A stretch of 64,000 bases of DNA, taken from assembly GCF_018350175.1 (NCBI RefSeq), contig NC_058368.1, positions 18,664,001 to 18,728,000 on the forward strand, given 5' to 3'. Source of the stretch: Felis catus. Taxonomy: Eukaryota. Below are positions 61,401 to 64,000 of the stretch, in pieces. The position numbers were made by a program, and so were the translations under genes. A model generated the notes under the pieces. It saw nothing but the letters and a program-made list of their open reading frames with translations, was not told the origin of the DNA and did no database searches. Within the stretch, counting starts at the first letter, position 1. The number at the start of each line of letters is the position of its first letter.

Positions 61401-62096
61401 GAGCCTAACTGGTACTCAGCCGGTGATGGGGTTGTTGAGGGGAAGAAAGTTCCATGTCTTTTGGCCGCTCCCTTCAACCCTTGGGACACAAAGCAGTTAC
61501 GGTGCTGTGCCTTCATTAACTGAAGAATAAAACCCAGCCCTCAGGTTTCCTGGGTTTTGCCCGATTATGCTTGTCTGGCTTCACGCAACAATGTCAGAGC
61601 AGGTCCCCCCCATCGGCTTGCCCCAGTTCTGTGTTCATTCCGAACACTTGCCAGAGACCAGCTTAATTTAATTTTGCTCTGACAATATGATGTTCGCACA
61701 AAAATTCTTGAATGTTTCACACTTGCCAATGTTTGAACATGGATTTCTTTCACACCCTCTGTTATATTTTCTTCTGGAGGCTTAGTTTGGCAAATTCTGC
61801 CATCTCCTTTAGGAGAAGTGCTATCCTTGCCAGTAAAAAAGTATTTTCAAGCCAAAATTCCTTCCTTCCACACACACATACATTTATAGTGTATACACCT
61901 CATGAAAAGCCCAATACAGGGTCTCTCTGTCCCCCATGCAGCACACAGAGAAGGAAGAAGACTGGTGGGCCTCCCTCCTCATGGGACATCAGCCTGGGGG
62001 GACACAGGACATGCACAGCCAGGATCTCCAAGCCTAGGCAAATGCAGGGAGGGAGGAAGCACTGTAGAACCCTTTACTTCAGGGATTTGTCATTCC

Positions 62097-62098
<2 letters not shown>

Positions 62099-62134
<36 letters not shown>
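62099..62134. repeat. (CA)18 microsatellite
   Basis: Directly visible. Confidence 0.98.
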
Positions 62135-62137
<3 letters not shown>

Positions 62138-62779
62138 CACTCTGCCACGTGCCTGCCAGAGAGCAAGAAAGCTATTCCCAGCTGCAGGGGAGCCAAGAGA
62201 GGAGTTACCACAGCAGCCAGGATGGTCCCCAGGGAGAAGGAGCGGAAAGTGGCTCCTCTCTCAACCAGGAAAGGCATGTCCTTACCTCCCTCCCTGGCCT
62301 CAAGGGGCGCACCAATGCCTGCTGCAGGCAAAGGAGAAAATCCACACATCAAATCCACACGTCAAATGAACTCTGGTGCAAGAACCAAAGAGGTCCTCCT
62401 GTCCTCAGAGCTATTTAGTGCAGGGTGCTGTAAGACAATCCACGCATTCGGTAGGCAGGAGACTCTGTCGCAGAGAGGCAGCGCTGGCTCACAGGGAAGA
62501 GTCCAGAACAGACAGCACAGGTGCAGCCCCCAGGGTATGGCCAGCCGGGGAGTCACCTGCAGTTTACTTCACGGTTTCAGATGCCACGTGGACATCAGAG
62601 TCAAAAGTCCCCTCCTCATTGCCTTCGAGGCAATTCGATAAAAAGACATGTGAGTATAGTTCATAGCAATGTGCCCTGACAACTAAAAATGATAAATAGT
62701 AACAAAGGGAAGGAAGGCAGGAAATAAGGGACAGAGAGAGAGAGAGAGAGAGAGAGGAGGGAAAGGAAAGTAAAGAATG

Positions 62780-63080
62780 AAAGAAGGGGGGAGCAAATCG
62801 GTGAAGGATGTCAAGAGGTACCAACTCCCAGTTATAAAATAAAGAAGGCGTAGAGATGTAGCACGCAGCATGGTGACTACAGTTAATGACACCGTACTGG
62901 ACGTTTGAAAGTTGCTAAGAGAGTAGATCTTAAAAGTTCTCGTCACAAGGAAAAAAAAAACCATAACTATGTGAGGTGATGGATGATAACTAGGCTTACG
63001 GTGGCAATCATTTTGCAATACTTACATATGTCAAATTATTGTGTTGTTCACTTGAAACTAACATAATGTTAAAAAAAAAG
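62780..63080 (+). mobile_element. L1MA9-like 3' end
   Basis: CAGCATGGTGACTACAGTTAAT...TGAAAGTTGCTAAGAGAGTAGATCTTAAAAGTTCTC...ACTATGTGAGGTGATGGATG, then A tail. Confidence 0.92.
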
Positions 63081-63877
63081 AACGAACAAAGAAAGCAAGC
63101 AAGCTAGCAATGTTTAACTCTCTGCCACATGCAGACTTGAGCGCTCTGGTGGAAGAATCATTCTCTCTTGTCAGGAATAAAGTTGGCTGTGCCCAGCGGT
63201 GGGAGGCAGAGGTCCTGGGCTGACCGCAGCCCACGCGGGAGTCATCCAAGAAGGAGACCACTTCTCCCTGTCGGTGCTGCGGAAAGATCCACGGCTCTTC
63301 CTCACATCCTTAGATCCCACCACCCTGCCCGTGGAAGTGGCCGTGGGACCGGCACAGGGTTTGGAGACAGAGGGCTGAGGTTTTGAGTCCTTGTTCTTTT
63401 CTTCCCAATTACTCAGTCAGGAGCAATTCCTTAAACTCTCTGAATCCAGCGTCACACCGGTGGTGGTCCAAGGGAAGCAGAAAGTAAGAGCGGGAAAGTC
63501 AACTGGGATGAATAGTATCAATGCACCAGTCTGCCAGTCCGAACACACTGGCTCCCATTCTCTGATTATTATGCCTCTCTTTACCTTGACTCATCAGCAT
63601 AAAATACAAGGGGCCCACTGCCGAGCACACCCCACATCTGCACCCCTCTGGGTGTGCCCTGGGCACACCAACTAAACCAAGCTTGAAGACTCATTTGCCA
63701 GAAGCTGAGGCACATTCCCCTGGAGCAGCTCTGATTATCTGGAACAATCCTTGCTCATCTCAGCAAGGACTGGGAGGAGTCCAAATACCCCTGGTGAGCC
63801 GACACAATGTGGTGGGCAGAGCCCTGTTGCTTTCTTTTTTTTTAATCAAAGGACCTTATTAAGCTTAGTTTTGGTTT

Positions 63878-63970
63878 TCTAAACAGCTTTATTGCTATAT
63901 AATTGACATGTCATAAACTGTACACATTAAAGTATACAAAGAAGTTTTGACAAAGGTACATGTGAATAAT
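63878..63970 (-). mobile_element. L1 3' terminal fragment
   Basis: AACAGCTTTATTGCTATATAATTGACAT...AAACTGTACACATTAAAGTATACA. Confidence 0.7.
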
Positions 63971-64000
63971 CTCCATGTTTTGATCCCCAGAAGCTGTGAC

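Noticed and set aside
61712..62641. Longest ORF (309 aa, +)
   Set aside because: Runs through a (CA)18 microsatellite (HTHTHT), has no recognisable domain and overlaps several other spurious ORFs; treated as chance

Overview
Mammalian genomic DNA, almost certainly from a cat or other felid, judged by 21 tRNA-derived CanSINEs that include three near-identical copies of a young feline SINEC_Fc-like subfamily. I can support no intact protein-coding gene, structural RNA gene, CRISPR array or prokaryotic system. The ORF track is explained by decayed L1 ORF2 and CR1 fragments, SINEs, microsatellites and chance. Much of the window is transposable-element debris: a nested L1 cluster at about 1.3-9.5 kb, plus ERVL/MaLR solo LTRs, L2, MIR, L3/CR1 and hAT MITEs. 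The unique DNA looks like the intronic or 5' region of a minus-strand gene or lncRNA. It carries several short, mostly non-coding candidate exons with good splice signals (38636-38688, 24150-24249, 17756-17877, 16851-16942, 908-957) and two promoter-like motif clusters ending in GTAAGT donors (about 38.6-38.7 kb and 14.3-14.5 kb). I could not identify the host gene. Repeat subfamily names and most old-repeat boundaries are by eye and approximate. I found no convincing previously undescribed biological system. The best leads are the candidate multi-promoter/5'-UTR exon set with a possible 30-aa spliced micro-ORF, and a 39-bp tandem array of transcription-factor-like motifs.
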